Made by a program: the position numbers and the translations under genes. Positions 52,249-64,000 of a stretch of 64,000 bases of DNA are shown here, in pieces (the first letter of the stretch is position 1; every line of letters starts with the position of its first letter). The notes beneath the pieces are model-generated. The model searched no databases. It was not told the origin of the DNA and saw nothing but the letters and a program-made list of their open reading frames with translations. The stretch spans positions 7,959,007-8,023,006 of the forward strand of contig NC_069006.1 in assembly GCF_001194135.2 (NCBI RefSeq), given 5' to 3'. The stretch comes from Octopus bimaculoides. Its lineage: Eukaryota.

Positions 52249-55200
52249 TTATTTCTTTGTGGTCCCTTCCGGGAACTTCTTAAATACAGAGGTCCCGACG
52301 CATCTACGTAACCCTAACCACTAACCCTAAAACTAATCCCAAACCTAACCCCCTACATTGCTACGTAGATGCATTGGGATCACTGTATAGTGCCCCCTAT
52401 CGTTAGTGGCATACAAGGTATACAAGTGTGCCCTGATGGCTTTGTTTCCGCATAAGCCCCCCCATCCAGAAATCGATATTTTCAAATGATGTTCTTTACA
52501 AATACATTTCAGATGGTTTAGATTCGGATTATATCGAAATTTGAAATGAAATTTTTTGGGGGGGGGGGAATTTTGAAAAATTCGCTGTGTCGGCTTTGTT
52601 TCCTCATAACCTCAGAAAAATAGGTATTTTTTTAAATGACACTTTCTACAAATACCTTTCAGAGTGTGTAGATTACAATTATATTGGAATTTAATATGGA
52701 AAACAAAATTGGTACACACGCACACATATTTACAAAATGAAATTCGAAATTTCGTTTGTTCACCATTTGTCGTTTTCATATTAAATTCCGCTATAATCGT
52801 AATTTAAATACTCTGAAAAGTATTTGTAGCAAGTTTCATTTAAAAATACACGTTTTCCCAAAAGTTATGAGAAAACAAAGCTGACTCGTGAATTTTCTGA
52901 AACTCCTCACCCCAACCTTGTTGAACACAATTTCTTATATAATTGGAGAATCTTCACCATCTGAAACGTATTTGCAGAAAATTTCATTAGCAAGACCTTA
53001 CTGTGTTGGCTTGACTATTTTTATTGGGGTGAGATTTCTCCCTGAAATGTCACCAAAGAAAATGTATTCACATGATATCCCCCACTCCCTGTAAACACTT
53101 ATTTTTCGCAATCTCTGTAATGTAGTTGTTTTCCTTTATTAAAAGTTGTTTTGTTTTGTTTTTTTTATCAATCCTAATTGTTCTGATTGAGATAGGAGAC
53201 TTGAAAAAGCTTGCTTAATGTTTTACTCTTTTATTGGTTTCCATTATATGACTGGCCATGCAGGAGCACCACCTTTAGTCGAACAAATCGACCCCAGGAC
53301 TTATTCTTTGTAAGCCTAGCACTTATTCTATTGGTCTCTTTTGCCAAACTGCTAAGTTACAGGGACATAAACACACCATTGGTTGTCAAGCTATGGTGGG
53401 AGGAACGACAACTGTAATACTGCAATAGTGGAAGAGATGTGATATTGCACTGGGCTAAAACACTACCTGGACCGTAAGTAAAGCATGTGTAAAATTTGAA
53501 TGAAATTGGTTGTGTAGTTCTGAAGTTTTAGGGATTCACAGACTCACAGACACACATTCTCACCTTTATTGGACGGACCGAGACCTTTGGAAATGGGCTG
53601 TGCGTGAGAAGACCCGGCAAGCCAAGTAAGATCGTTGCCAGTGCCCCTGGACTGGTTCTTGTGCGGGTGGCACATGAGATGCACCATTTTGAGCGTGGCC
53701 GTTGCCAGTACCGCCTGACTGGCTCCTGTAGGATTTTCGAGCGAGATCGTTGCCAGTGCCCCTGGACTGGCTTGTGCGGGTGGCACATAAAAGACACCAT
53801 TTCGAGCGTGGCCGTTTTCGTGCGGGTGACACGTAAAAGCACCCACTACACTCTCTNNNNNNNNNNNNNNNNNNNNNNNNNNNNNNNNNNNNNNNNNNNN
53901 NNNNNNNNNNNNNNNNNNNNNNNNNNNNNNNNNNNNNNNNNNNNNNNNNNNNNNNNNNNNNNNNNNNNNNNNNNNNNNNNNNNNNNNNNNNNNNNNNNNN
54001 NNNNNNNNNNNNNNNNNNNNNNNNNNNNNNNNNNNNNNNNNNNNNNNNNNNNNNNNNNNNNNNNNNNNNNNNNNNNNNNNNNNNNNNNNNNNNNNNNNNN
54101 NNNNNNNNNNNNNNNNNNNNNNNNNNNNNNNNNNNNNNNNNNNNNNNNNNNNNNNNNNNNNNNNNNNNNNNNNNNNNNNNNNNNNNNNNNNNNNNNNNNN
54201 NNNNNNNNNNNNNNNNNNNNNNNNNNNNNNNNNNNNNNNNNNNNNNNNNNNNNNNNNNNNNNNNNNNNNNNNNNNNNNNNNNNNNNNNNNNNNNNNNNNG
54301 CGAGTGAAATCGAAATCGAAAATTGAAACAAATTCGTTGACTGGCACCCATGCCAACCTTCCTTAATTGGACACTAAACTCAGCTTGCAAAGACCTGTTG
54401 GGGCAAGAGAGATCGAAACTGAACCAAATTCGATGGCTGGCACCCGTGCCAGCGGAGCGCTAACAGCACCATCCGAGCGGGATCACTGCCAGAGCAGCAA
54501 TCTCGTTTCTGTGCTGGTGGCACCTAAAAAGCACCATTTGAGCGCAATAGTTTCCAGCTTCGCCATACTGGCACTTGTACCGGTGGCATGTGAACAAAAC
54601 ATTGGACAGAATCGTGTGCAGGTGGCACATAAAAAACAAATAACCCTATTGAGCGTGGCTGTTGCCAGTATCGGTGGACTGGCCCTCATGCCAGTGGCAC
54701 GTAAAAAGCACCCACTACACTCTCGGAGTGGTTGGCGTAAGGAAGGGCATCCAGATCAGATTGGAGTCTGGTGTAACCATCTGGTTTGCTAGTCCCCAGT
54801 CAAATCGTTCAACCCATGCTAGCATGGAAAGCGGACGTTAAATGATGATGATCATGATATATATCATCATCATCATCATCGTTTAACGTCCGCTTTCCAT
54901 NNNNNNNNNNNNNNNNNNNNNNNNNNNNNNNNNNNNNNNNNNNNNNNNNNNNNNNNNNNNNNNNNNNNNNNNNNNNNNNNNNNNNNNNNNNNNNNNNNNN
55001 NNNNNNNNNNNNNNNNNNNNNNNNNNNNNNNNNNNNNNNNNNNNNNNNNNNNNNNNNNNNNNNNNNNNNNNNNNNNNNNNNNNNNNNNNNNNNNNNNNNN
55101 NNNNNNNNNNNNNNNNNNNNNNNNNNNNNNNNNNNNNNNNNNNNNNNNNNNNNNNNNNNNNNNNNNNNNNNNNNNNNNNNNNNNNNNNNNNNNNNNNNNN

Positions 55201-55900
55201 NNNNNNNNNNNNNNNNNNNNNNNNNNNNNNNNNNNNNNNNNNNNNNNNNNNNNNNNNNNNNNNNNNNNNNNNNNNNNNNNNNNNNNNNNNNNNNNNNNNN
55301 NNNNNNNNNNNNNNNNNNNNNNNNNNNNNNNNNNNNNNNNNNNNNNNNNNNNNNNNNNNNNNNNNNNNNNNNNNNNNNNNNNNNNNNNNNNNNNNNNNNN
55401 NNNNNNNNNNNNNNNNNNNNNNNNNNNNNNNNNNNNNNNNNNNNNNNNNNNNNNNNNNNNNNNNNNNNNNNNNNNNNNNNNNNNNNNNNNNNNNNNNNNN
55501 NNNNNNNNNNNNNNNNNNNNNNNNNNNNNNNNNNNNNNNNNNNNNNNNNNNNNNNNNNNNNNNNNNNNNNNNNNNNNNNNNNNNNNNNNNNNNNNNNNNN
55601 NNNNNNNNNNNNNNNNNNNNNNNNNNNNNNNNNNNNNNNNNNNNNNNNNNNNNNNNNNNNNNNNNNNNNNNNNNNNNNNNNNNNNNNNNNNNNNNNNNNN
55701 NNNNNNNNNNNNNNNNNNNNNNNNNNNNNNNNNNNNNNNNNNNNNNNNNNNNNNNNNNNNNNNNNNNNNNNNNNNNNNNNNNNNNNNNNNNNNNNNNNNN
55801 NNNNNNNNNNNNNNNNNNNNNNNNNNNNNNNNNNNNNNNNNNNNNNNNNNNNNNNNNNNNNNNNNNNNNNNNNNNNNNNNNNNNNNNNNNNNNNNNNNNN

Positions 55901-55934
<34 letters not shown>

Positions 55935-57431
55935 GTATACATAAATACATGTGTCGAAACCATAATGATATCTGTGGGGCAGCTGATGATGGAATTATGT
56001 TGGATTGTTGGTATGGCTATGGAATAGTATCATAACACATCCTTTTGATATATATATATATATATATGTGTGTGTATGTATGTATGTATTTGTGTGTCTG
56101 TGTTTGTCCCCACCACCATTGATGACAACCGATGTTTGTGTGTTTACATCCCTGTAACTTAACGGTTTAGCAAAAGAGACCAATAGAATAAGTACTAGAC
56201 TTACAAAGAATAAGTCCTGGGGCCGACTTGTTCAACTAAAGGTGGTGCTCCAGCATGGCTGCAGTCAAATTGCCGAAACAAGTAAAGGAATAAAAGAATG
56301 AAAGAATCTAGTTGACTTTTGCTCTACATCACATTCCTTGTGAAAATATCTAAAAAAGAACCAAAAGAAAAGATCCACTCTGTTGTATTATAAGATGTTT
56401 CCCCCCTACCCTGTCTTCTCTCTTGTTAATTATTTATTCATTTATTCATACATTGATGTATTAATTTATTAATTTATTCATACATTAATGTATTAATTTA
56501 TTCATGTGTTTCCCAATAATCTGTTCATGTTTTCTAAACTAGTTTCTTTTTCTTTTGCACTTTTGTTGTTTGAGGGTACAACGCCCCCTGGTGAGAATAG
56601 TCTAGACCACTACAAGTAAACAATAGCAGTGTAAGCAAGTAGTTCGTGCTAGCTCCACAGTTCGTGTATTGATAGTTCAAAGTTCAGAGTTTCAGTTAGC
56701 GTGTTGGATTGTTGGTTCTTAAGATTGTTGTTACATTGCATGTGGTTACTGCCATTTGTTTCGATTACATTGTTGTAGCCATCATCATCGTCGTCGTCAT
56801 TTAACGTCTGCTTTCCATGCTGGCATGGGTTGGACTGTTTGACTGAGGAGTGGCGAGCCAGAAGGCTGCATCAGGCTCCAATCTGATCTGACAGAGTTTC
56901 TACAGCTGGATGCCCTTCCTAGCGCCAACCACTCAGAGAGTGTAGTAGGTGCTTTTACGTGCCACTGGCACGAGGGCCAGTCAGGTGGNNNNNNNNNNCC
57001 CTTCCTAGCGCCAACCACTCGGAGAGTGTAGTAGGTGCTTTTACGTGCCACCGGCACGAGGGCCAGTCAGGTGGTTCCAGCAACGACCACACTCAAAAGG
57101 TGTTTTTTATGTGCCACCTATTTGGGAGCCAGTCCAGCGGCACTGGCAATGACCATGTTTGAATGTTGTTTTTCTCATGCCACTGGCACATGTGCCAGTA
57201 AGGTGACGCTGGCAACGATCACGCTTGAATGGTGCTTTTTACATGCCACCGGCACAGAAGCCAATCAGCAGCCCTGGCAACAATGACACTCGGATGGTGA
57301 TTTTAACGTTCCACTGGCACAAGTGCCAGTCAGGCGGTACTGTCATCAGCCATGTCAGTGATTTTGATTTCACTTGCCTCAACAGGTCTTCACAAGCAAA
57401 GTTTATTTGTTTATCCATTAGGATCTAACGT

Positions 57432-57740
57432 GGAAGTGCAATGGTCCAGTGGTTAGGGCAGCGGACTCGTGGTCGGAAGATCGCGGTTTTGATTCCCAGA
57501 CCGGGCGTTGTGTGTGTTGATTGAGTGAAAACACCTAAAAACTTCACGAGGCTCCGGCAGGGGGTGATGGTGACCCCTGTTGTATTCTTTCACCCTAACT
57601 TTCTCTCACTCTTTCTTCCTGTTTCTTGAGTAACGCTGCGATGGACTGGCATCCCGTCCAGCTGGTAGGAATACCTACGCCATAGAAACCGAGAAACTGG
57701 ACCCATGACACTGGCTAGGCTTTAAAAGGGTGCATAATAA
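57432..57740 (+). mobile_element. tRNA-derived SINE family D with a Meta-domain-like tail
   Basis: Head GTGCAATGGTCCAGTGGTTAGGGCAGCGGACTC...TTCCCAGACCGG; tail GCGATGGACTGGCATCCCGTCCAG. Confidence 0.75.
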
Positions 57741-58109
57741 TTAGGATCTAACAACTTCTTAAGGCAATTACAAAATATCTCCATCACCACCACCTCCTTT
57801 AATCATTAGTAACCGACAATAAGACAACACTTTGTTTATCAACCTGTAAGAAAAAGCAGCCAAAATCTTCCTGGATTAAAAAAAAAAAAAAGACGAAGAC
57901 AATGGATTAAACTGGTTTAAGATACCCTTTCTGAAAAAATGGTGAGAGCACCTTTAATTATAGATCTGCTCTGTTGGAATTAACTACCAATGAATCAGGT
58001 TACAACAATGATTTTCTAGAATATTTGATTCCAACCCTTTCCAGATTACTTGCATTTTAAATTAATCAAATTTAATTAAATGTTCCTGCAATAACTAAAT
58101 GAAATAGGA

Positions 58110-58570
58110 ATACCTGCTGGTGCCACGTAAAAAGCACAGATGCTGGTGCTGCGTAGAAATTGCTGCTGCCACGTAAAAAGTGCTGGTGCCATGTAAAAAG
58201 TGCTGGTGTCGCATAAAAGGTGCTGGGACCATGTAAAAAAGTGCTGGTGCCACGTAAGAAGTACTGCGGCCACATAAAATGTGCTGGTGCCACATAAAAA
58301 AACACAGCTTATGGTGCCACGTAAAAAAACACTGACGCTGGTGCCATCTAAAAAGCAGTGGTGTTGGTGCCACGTAAAACCCACTGGTGCTGGCATCCTG
58401 TAAAAAGCACTGAGTACATGCTGTGTAGTGGTTGGTGTTAGGAAGGGCATCCAGCTGTAAAAACCATACCAAGTAGACACTGGAACCTGGTGCAGCTCCC
58501 AGCCTTGCCAGCTCTTGTTACACTGTCCAACCCATGCCAGCATGGAAAATAGGCATTAAGTAATGATGAT
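58110..58570 (+). repeat. RTE 3' UTR with an expanded ~20-22-bp minisatellite (TGCTGGTGCCACGTAAAAAG-like, ~12 units)
   Basis: Tandem units at 58120-58400, followed by GGAAGGGCATCCAGCTGT...CATGGAAA...TAATGATGATG. Confidence 0.75.
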
Positions 58571-59800
58571 GATACCAGTATATTAATACTGGACTGTGCA
58601 ATTTATCAGTAGACTAATTTGGTGGCCACAGGAATTTGAAGTTCCTGCTTGTAAATTAATGCAGATTATAAAAGATTCCAGACCACCACTGTTGGACCAG
58701 TAGCAGTAGTAGTAGTAATAGTAGTGGACAGCTAAGTGTGTATTTAGTCATCACCTAATGTAACATCCTCTTACTTGGTTAAAGAAGTCCTATGATTTTG
58801 CTGGTTGGCCATGTTCTTGTGAATGACAAGGATGATTCTTTTGTCAAAGAGTACTTAAATGAAGATGCAGAGTTTGTGCATAGCACCTTGGGCAAGCATC
58901 TTCTACAGCCAATGCTGTGTGAGTGAATTTGGTAAACGGAAACTGTGTGGAAGCCTATGTGCGTATATCAAAGCAGAAGACTGGAAAAATTTGCTATTAT
59001 TTCTAATCCCCATTACAGATGTTTCATTACCTAACTGGAGTTACAAAGGAATACATGTAGTAAAATATCTCCTATTAGTTATTCTTCAGACAGAGAATTT
59101 AAATAATACATGTATGTATCGACAGCCAACGTTGGTTTGTTTACATCCTGTAACTTAGCACGTTGGGTCAGGAAACCTATAGAATAGGTGCCAGATTTTA
59201 AGAATTTCCTGGGATTGACCTGTTCAACTAAAACCTTTCAGGGTGATGCCCCAGTATGGCCACAGTCCAATGACTGAAACCAGTTAGAAGTTCAAAGATA
59301 CGAACATCTTTTACTACAAAAAAAGAAATCTAAGTTCAGGTGACCTCAGCCATAAACTAAATTAATCCAATACTAAATACAGCACAGGTATAAAATATAT
59401 TGGCTCAGGTGTCAAACAACTTGGTTCATGTTTGATGTATGTCTGCAAATATTTATTTTAATAACAAGGTGTAAGACAGGATTGTGAGAGCATCAGAGAA
59501 AAATGTCTCTCGTGACATTTGTTCCAGCTCTTTACATTCTGAGTTCAAACCCTGCTGAGGTTAACTTTGCCGTTCATGCATTCATGGGTTTGATAAAATA
59601 AAGTACCAGGGGTCAATTGTATTCACTAATCCACTTCCTTCAAAATTTTTGGTCTTATGACTGGACCAAGCTTCCCAACTGCGTGGTTCTGGGTTCAGTC
59701 CCACTGCATGGAACCTTAGGCGAGTGTCTTCTACTATAGCCTCGAACTAACCAAAGACTTGTGAGTGGATTTGGTTGACAGAAACTGAAAGAAGCCCGTC

Positions 59801-59850
<50 letters not shown>

Positions 59851-61397
59851 TTCTCCCCTACCATCGCTTGGCAACCGATGTTGGTGTGTTTACGTCCCTG
59901 TAACTTAGCAGTTCAGCAAAAGAGACCAATAGAATAAGTACTAGGCTTACAAAGAATAAGTCCTGGGCTGATATGTTTGACTAAAGATGGTGCTCCAGCA
60001 TGGCCACAGTCAGCTGAAACAAGTAAAAAATTAAAGAATATGTATATATCATCATCATCATCATTTAATGTCCATGTTCCATGCTGGCATGGGTGGGATG
60101 GTACCACAAGAGCTGGTCAGGCACAAGCCGGCACCAAACTTCTGTGACTGTTAAATGATGATGGTGTTTATTAATATTTAGTGGAAGCACCAAAGTGACT
60201 CAAGGTCTGAGAGTTCCATGCAAAGTGCCAACACACAAAACTCTTGCGGGTTCTAGCGACATTTGCCACAAACGTTTTTGCCGCAGGAAAACTCACTTTG
60301 TATATTCTTTTATTTGTTAGTCATAAGATTACGGCCATGCTGGAGCACCGCCTTTAGTCAAACAAATGAACCCGACAGTTTATTCTTTGTAAGCCTAGTA
60401 CTTATTCTGCCAGTCTCTTTTGCCGAACTGCTAAGTTACAAGGACTAAGTAAAGAAGATAATTGAAAAATCCTTCAAAAGGTAAATATAAGGGTATTTGC
60501 ATAAAAGATTGCATAATAAATAGCATTTATCATATATTTCTTTATTGCCCACAAGGGGCTAAACATAGAGGGGCCAAACAAGGACAGACAAAGAAAGGGA
60601 TTAAGTCGATTACATCAACCCCAGTGTGTAACTGGTACTTTATTTATCGACCCCGAAAGGATGAAAGGCAAAGTCGACCTCGGTGGAATTTGAACTCAGA
60701 ACGTAACAGCAGACAAAATATCGCTAAGCATTTCGCCCGGTTCACTAACGTTTCTGCTAGCTCGCCGCCTTTCATATAATAAATAGCATTTATTATAATA
60801 AAACTTATTTGCTGTTCATCATAATTATTAGTTCTTAATGTGGACGCCATCTTGGACTTTGGCTACCATTTTCGATTTTCACATTGGCAATCATGTCTAT
60901 CTTCAAGAACATGTTTTAAACTATAGGTCTGCTAGACTGCGTATTTGTATCACCTTTTGAAGGATTCTTACAATATTTGACATTCATCCTATTCACTAAT
61001 ATATATATATATATGTGTGTGTGTATATATATATATGTGTATGTTTGTATGTGTGTGTGTGTATTTATACATATGTGTGTATGTGTGTGTGTATATATAT
61101 TTATACATATGTGTGCATGTATATTTATACATGTCTATGCATGTATATATATATGTGTATGTGTGTGTATATATNNNNNNNNNNATATATATATATGTGT
61201 GTGTGTATATATATATATGTGTATGTTTGTATGTGTGTGTGTGTATTTATACATATGTGTGTATGTGTGTGTGTATATATATTTATACATATGTGTGCAT
61301 GTATATTTATACATGTCTATGCATGTATATATATATGTGTATGTGTGTGTATATATATATTTATACATATGTGTATGCATGTATATATGTGTGTGTG

Positions 61398-61428
<31 letters not shown>

Positions 61429-61516
61429 ACTTCCTGCATTGTCTGCATACTGATAACTTCTCTTTTGTTTCTTTTTTCTCTTTTTCCCATTTTACTTCCA
61501 GGAATTCTTTGGAGCC

Positions 61517-63073
61517 ATGAATCTGAGTAACTTAAGACCACAATGCATCACAGAATACCTGCAAGTTGGGGACAACTTAGCTGTCCAGCTTCAGGTCCAT
61601 CCTATCACTGCCCCTGCATCGAAAGAGCCTGGTCTACCAGAGTATTGGTTCTCTGATCGCCATCTTCAGGAAGTTCTACAATTAATTAAAAAGCCTCTCT
61701 TTGACTGGATGCAAGGAAGCAGGGAAGATGAAAAACAGAAGAAAAACCATGAACCCAAAATCTTAACTGGTAATACAATAAGACTGGTTTATACGTTTAA
61801 GAAAAACCCTACAAGACAGTATTTTCTAATAATGAACTTAGACTCTGGTGCTAAAAGCCACATTAATAACCGTTTCCAAAATCTTTGTTTAAAAAGTGAA
61901 AAAATTGTTGTCTTTGTCTGTCGTAAAGAAAAAGGTTTTTCACCTTTGCTGACAGCTGTGTCCAACTCTGCCAATAAGACTTCAGAAACTTCCCAAACGT
62001 TAACAATTAGTGACTATTTCAGCAGCTGTGACAATAGTGAGGAACAATCGGGGTCCGTTTCTACTCAGTCGGGTGATGATAAGGTAACCAAAAGAGAAAA
62101 ACTGAAGAATATAGTGAGTCGAGAGAAACGGTTGCGTAGTCGGAAGAGAAACACTCAAGATTTAGTTGCTAAAAGTAAAGTGCCCGAAGTTCCTGAAGAC
62201 CAAGATTCTTTAAAATCGCCCAAAAAATCGGGTGAAAATAAGAACAAAGTTTCGAATACAGATGAAAATTCAAAGTCATGGAGAAGCCCCAAATCCTGTA
62301 AAAATGCCAAATTGGTAAGTGAAAAGAGCTCGAATGATGATTTGGTCAACAAAAAAATTATAAATAAACGTAACTGCATCAAAGAATTAGACAGTGATGG
62401 TAGCACGTCGTCGTGTGAGAACTTACCGTATTATGGTTTCTCAAAATCCAGTAATTCCGAAGACCTTTATATCTCCAGTTCCTTTGAGCAAGACTTGGAT
62501 TTCGAATCCTCATACGGTGGTTCGCCAGTGAAGAGTCCTTCGAAATTAAGCAGCATTGGTAATATCAGTGCCTCTACTGATACCACTCTGAACCAATCGG
62601 ACATGAATAAGAACGAAACGAAGACTAAAGAAAATTGTGAGAAAATGAAACTTCAAGGACTTAAAGACTCATATTCTTTGAAATCTGTTTTATGTTCTGA
62701 AGAAAATTCTGACACAGATTCGGTAAATATCAATGTGTTGAACTTAACTCCAAACCAGATTCTATTGTTAGTAAAAGACAGTAAACAGTATTTACGTAAT
62801 ATCTTCCAAGGGAAAGGAATAAGTTGGCGACATAAAATGTACAAAAACGGTGGAACTGACCGTCTACAACTAAATTATTTATGTTTTTGGGGCTGTCTGT
62901 CAAGCAGCCAGTTGGACAGTATCATGGAAGGTTTGTTCAAAATGTTCTGTAAACGACACATGAAGTATGCTGATTACGTGTCGAAAGTGCTGCTGGCCGA
63001 AATGATAACCAAGATCTACATGGACACTTGTCATCTCACTCACGAAGAGGCTGAGAGATTGCTTCAGAAATAA
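61517..63073 (+). CDS. SLX4IP: SLX4-interacting protein homolog (UPF0492 family), 518 aa, single coding exon, with an extra C-terminal helical domain
   Basis: Long non-repetitive ORF. Motifs WFSDRHLQEV, SEKIVVFVC, ISDYFSSC and REKLKNIVSR correspond to human WFSEQKKEEV, PDRFVVCVS, VSDYFAEC and RNALKEIVKR (recalled). A strong acceptor (long pyrimidine tract + CCAG) at 61500-61501 precedes GGAGCCATG, so the first exon(s) are non-coding. Confidence 0.82.
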   Translation: MNLSNLRPQCITEYLQVGDNLAVQLQVHPITAPASKEPGLPEYWFSDRHLQEVLQLIKKPLFDWMQGSREDEKQKKNHEPKILTGNTIRLVYTFKKNPTRQYFLIMNLDSGAKSHINNRFQNLCLKSEKIVVFVCRKEKGFSPLLTAVSNSANKTSETSQTLTISDYFSSCDNSEEQSGSVSTQSGDDKVTKREKLKNIVSREKRLRSRKRNTQDLVAKSKVPEVPEDQDSLKSPKKSGENKNKVSNTDENSKSWRSPKSCKNAKLVSEKSSNDDLVNKKIINKRNCIKELDSDGSTSSCENLPYYGFSKSSNSEDLYISSSFEQDLDFESSYGGSPVKSPSKLSSIGNISASTDTTLNQSDMNKNETKTKENCEKMKLQGLKDSYSLKSVLCSEENSDTDSVNINVLNLTPNQILLLVKDSKQYLRNIFQGKGISWRHKMYKNGGTDRLQLNYLCFWGCLSSSQLDSIMEGLFKMFCKRHMKYADYVSKVLLAEMITKIYMDTCHLTHEEAERLLQK

Positions 63074-63482
63074 GAATGAAGTAACAGCAACAACAACAAC
63101 AACACAGGCCTGTAACAATGATTGTCTTTGAGTTACCGTTTCCACAAGTGGGGTGACAACAGTTGGCTAAAAAAGAAAAAAAGAAAAGAATTGTTAGATT
63201 ATTTGCCCCACGCTAATTACAGGTATCTCAATGCAACTCAGTAATGCATACTTGAACAAGTCATTTAACTCTACTCTTTCCATAAAATTCTATTTTGATT
63301 CTGATAGTTTTCGTATTTTTTTGTGTTTTTTTCTCTCTCTCTCTCTTTTTTTTTTGATTTTTTTTTTTTAATTATGTATTTTGTTGGTAAAATCAGTAGA
63401 GCAACAACCAGTGTGCCTTGCAGTATCTAATCATGTTCCTTTGTTTTCAGAGTTCAAATCCTTGATGGAGAGACGCTTCAAT

Positions 63483-63517
<35 letters not shown>

Positions 63518-63557
63518 GAGAGAGGGAACCAAAGAAAGAGCTCAGTGAGGGTTTGGT

Positions 63558-63592
<35 letters not shown>

Positions 63593-63698
63593 AGATGTGA
63601 TTTACTAGAGAGAGAGGGAGGGATGTCTTTACTGAAGTAGAGAGTGAGAGAGGAACTGCAAGAGACTGTTAGCTTGTGTGTAAGAATGGTGCGGTGGA

Positions 63699-64000
63699 GG
63701 CGCAATGGCCCAGTGGTTAGGGTAGCGGACTCGCGGTCATAGGATCGCGGTTTCGATTCCCAGACCGGACGCTGTGAGTGTTTATTGAGCGAAAGCACCT
63801 AAAAGCTCCACGAGGCTCCGGCAGGGGTTGGGTGGTGAACCCTGCTGTACTCTTTCACCACAACTTTCTCTCACTCTTACTTCCTGTTTCTGTTGTGCCT
63901 ATAATTCAAAAGGGCCAGTCTTGTCACGCTGAATATCCCCGAGAACTACGTTAAGGGTACACGTGTCTGTGGAGTGCTCAGCCACTTGCACGTTAATTTC
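63699..64000 (+). mobile_element. tRNA-derived SINE family D, truncated by the window end
   Basis: Head GGCGCAATGGCCCAGTGGTTAGGG...GTTTCGATTCCCAG. The body matches 42845-43460, 24130-24430(-) and 2500-2830(-). Confidence 0.8.

Noticed and set aside
54809-55963. Long ORFs made mostly of X (also 11144-11965, 12740-13504, 53544-54390, 48188-48664)
   Set aside because: Artefacts of N gaps.
58120-58400. Regularly spaced short repeats here and at 34135-34480 and 11067-11938, superficially CRISPR-like
   Set aside because: Units are contiguous with no unique spacers, there are no cas genes, the context is eukaryotic, and they derive from LINE UTR or transposase sequence.
60985-61375. Direct duplication of a ~190-bp microsatellite block across a 10-N gap
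   Set aside because: Typical overlap artefact at a contig join.
63699-63775. tRNA-like sequences (also 57432, 15400-16000, 32870)
   Set aside because: They have A/B boxes but no complete acceptor stem and run straight into SINE bodies, so they are SINE heads, not tRNA genes.

Overview
AT-rich metazoan genomic DNA with many N gaps, dense microsatellites and repeats. The repeat families resemble those of Octopus/coleoid cephalopods (inference, not a database match). Two protein-coding genes sit head-to-head. (1) A minus-strand HIRIP3-like histone-chaperone gene that I reconstructed exon by exon with GT-AG sites and matching phases: 49237-49310, 22401-22533, a giant 2655-nt exon at 17506-20160, 5879-6034, 4773-4950, 3191-3280, and a tentative last exon at 90-136, giving about 1,110 aa. 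(2) A plus-strand SLX4IP-like gene whose whole CDS (61517-63073, 518 aa) is in one exon and ends in a helical domain resembling the PWWP3A/MUM1 (EXPAND1) C-terminus. The rest is intronic or intergenic repeat landscape: at least four tRNA-derived SINE types, RTE LINE 3' ends with internal minisatellites, R4/Dong-type fragments in (TAA)n, decayed Tc1/mariner, pogo and MULE transposons, mariner/piggyBac/hAT-type MITEs, a Helentron-type HINE and several foldback elements. There is no rRNA, genuine tRNA or CRISPR array. Repeat boundaries are approximate. All homology calls come from recalled family motifs and need an HMM or BLAST check.
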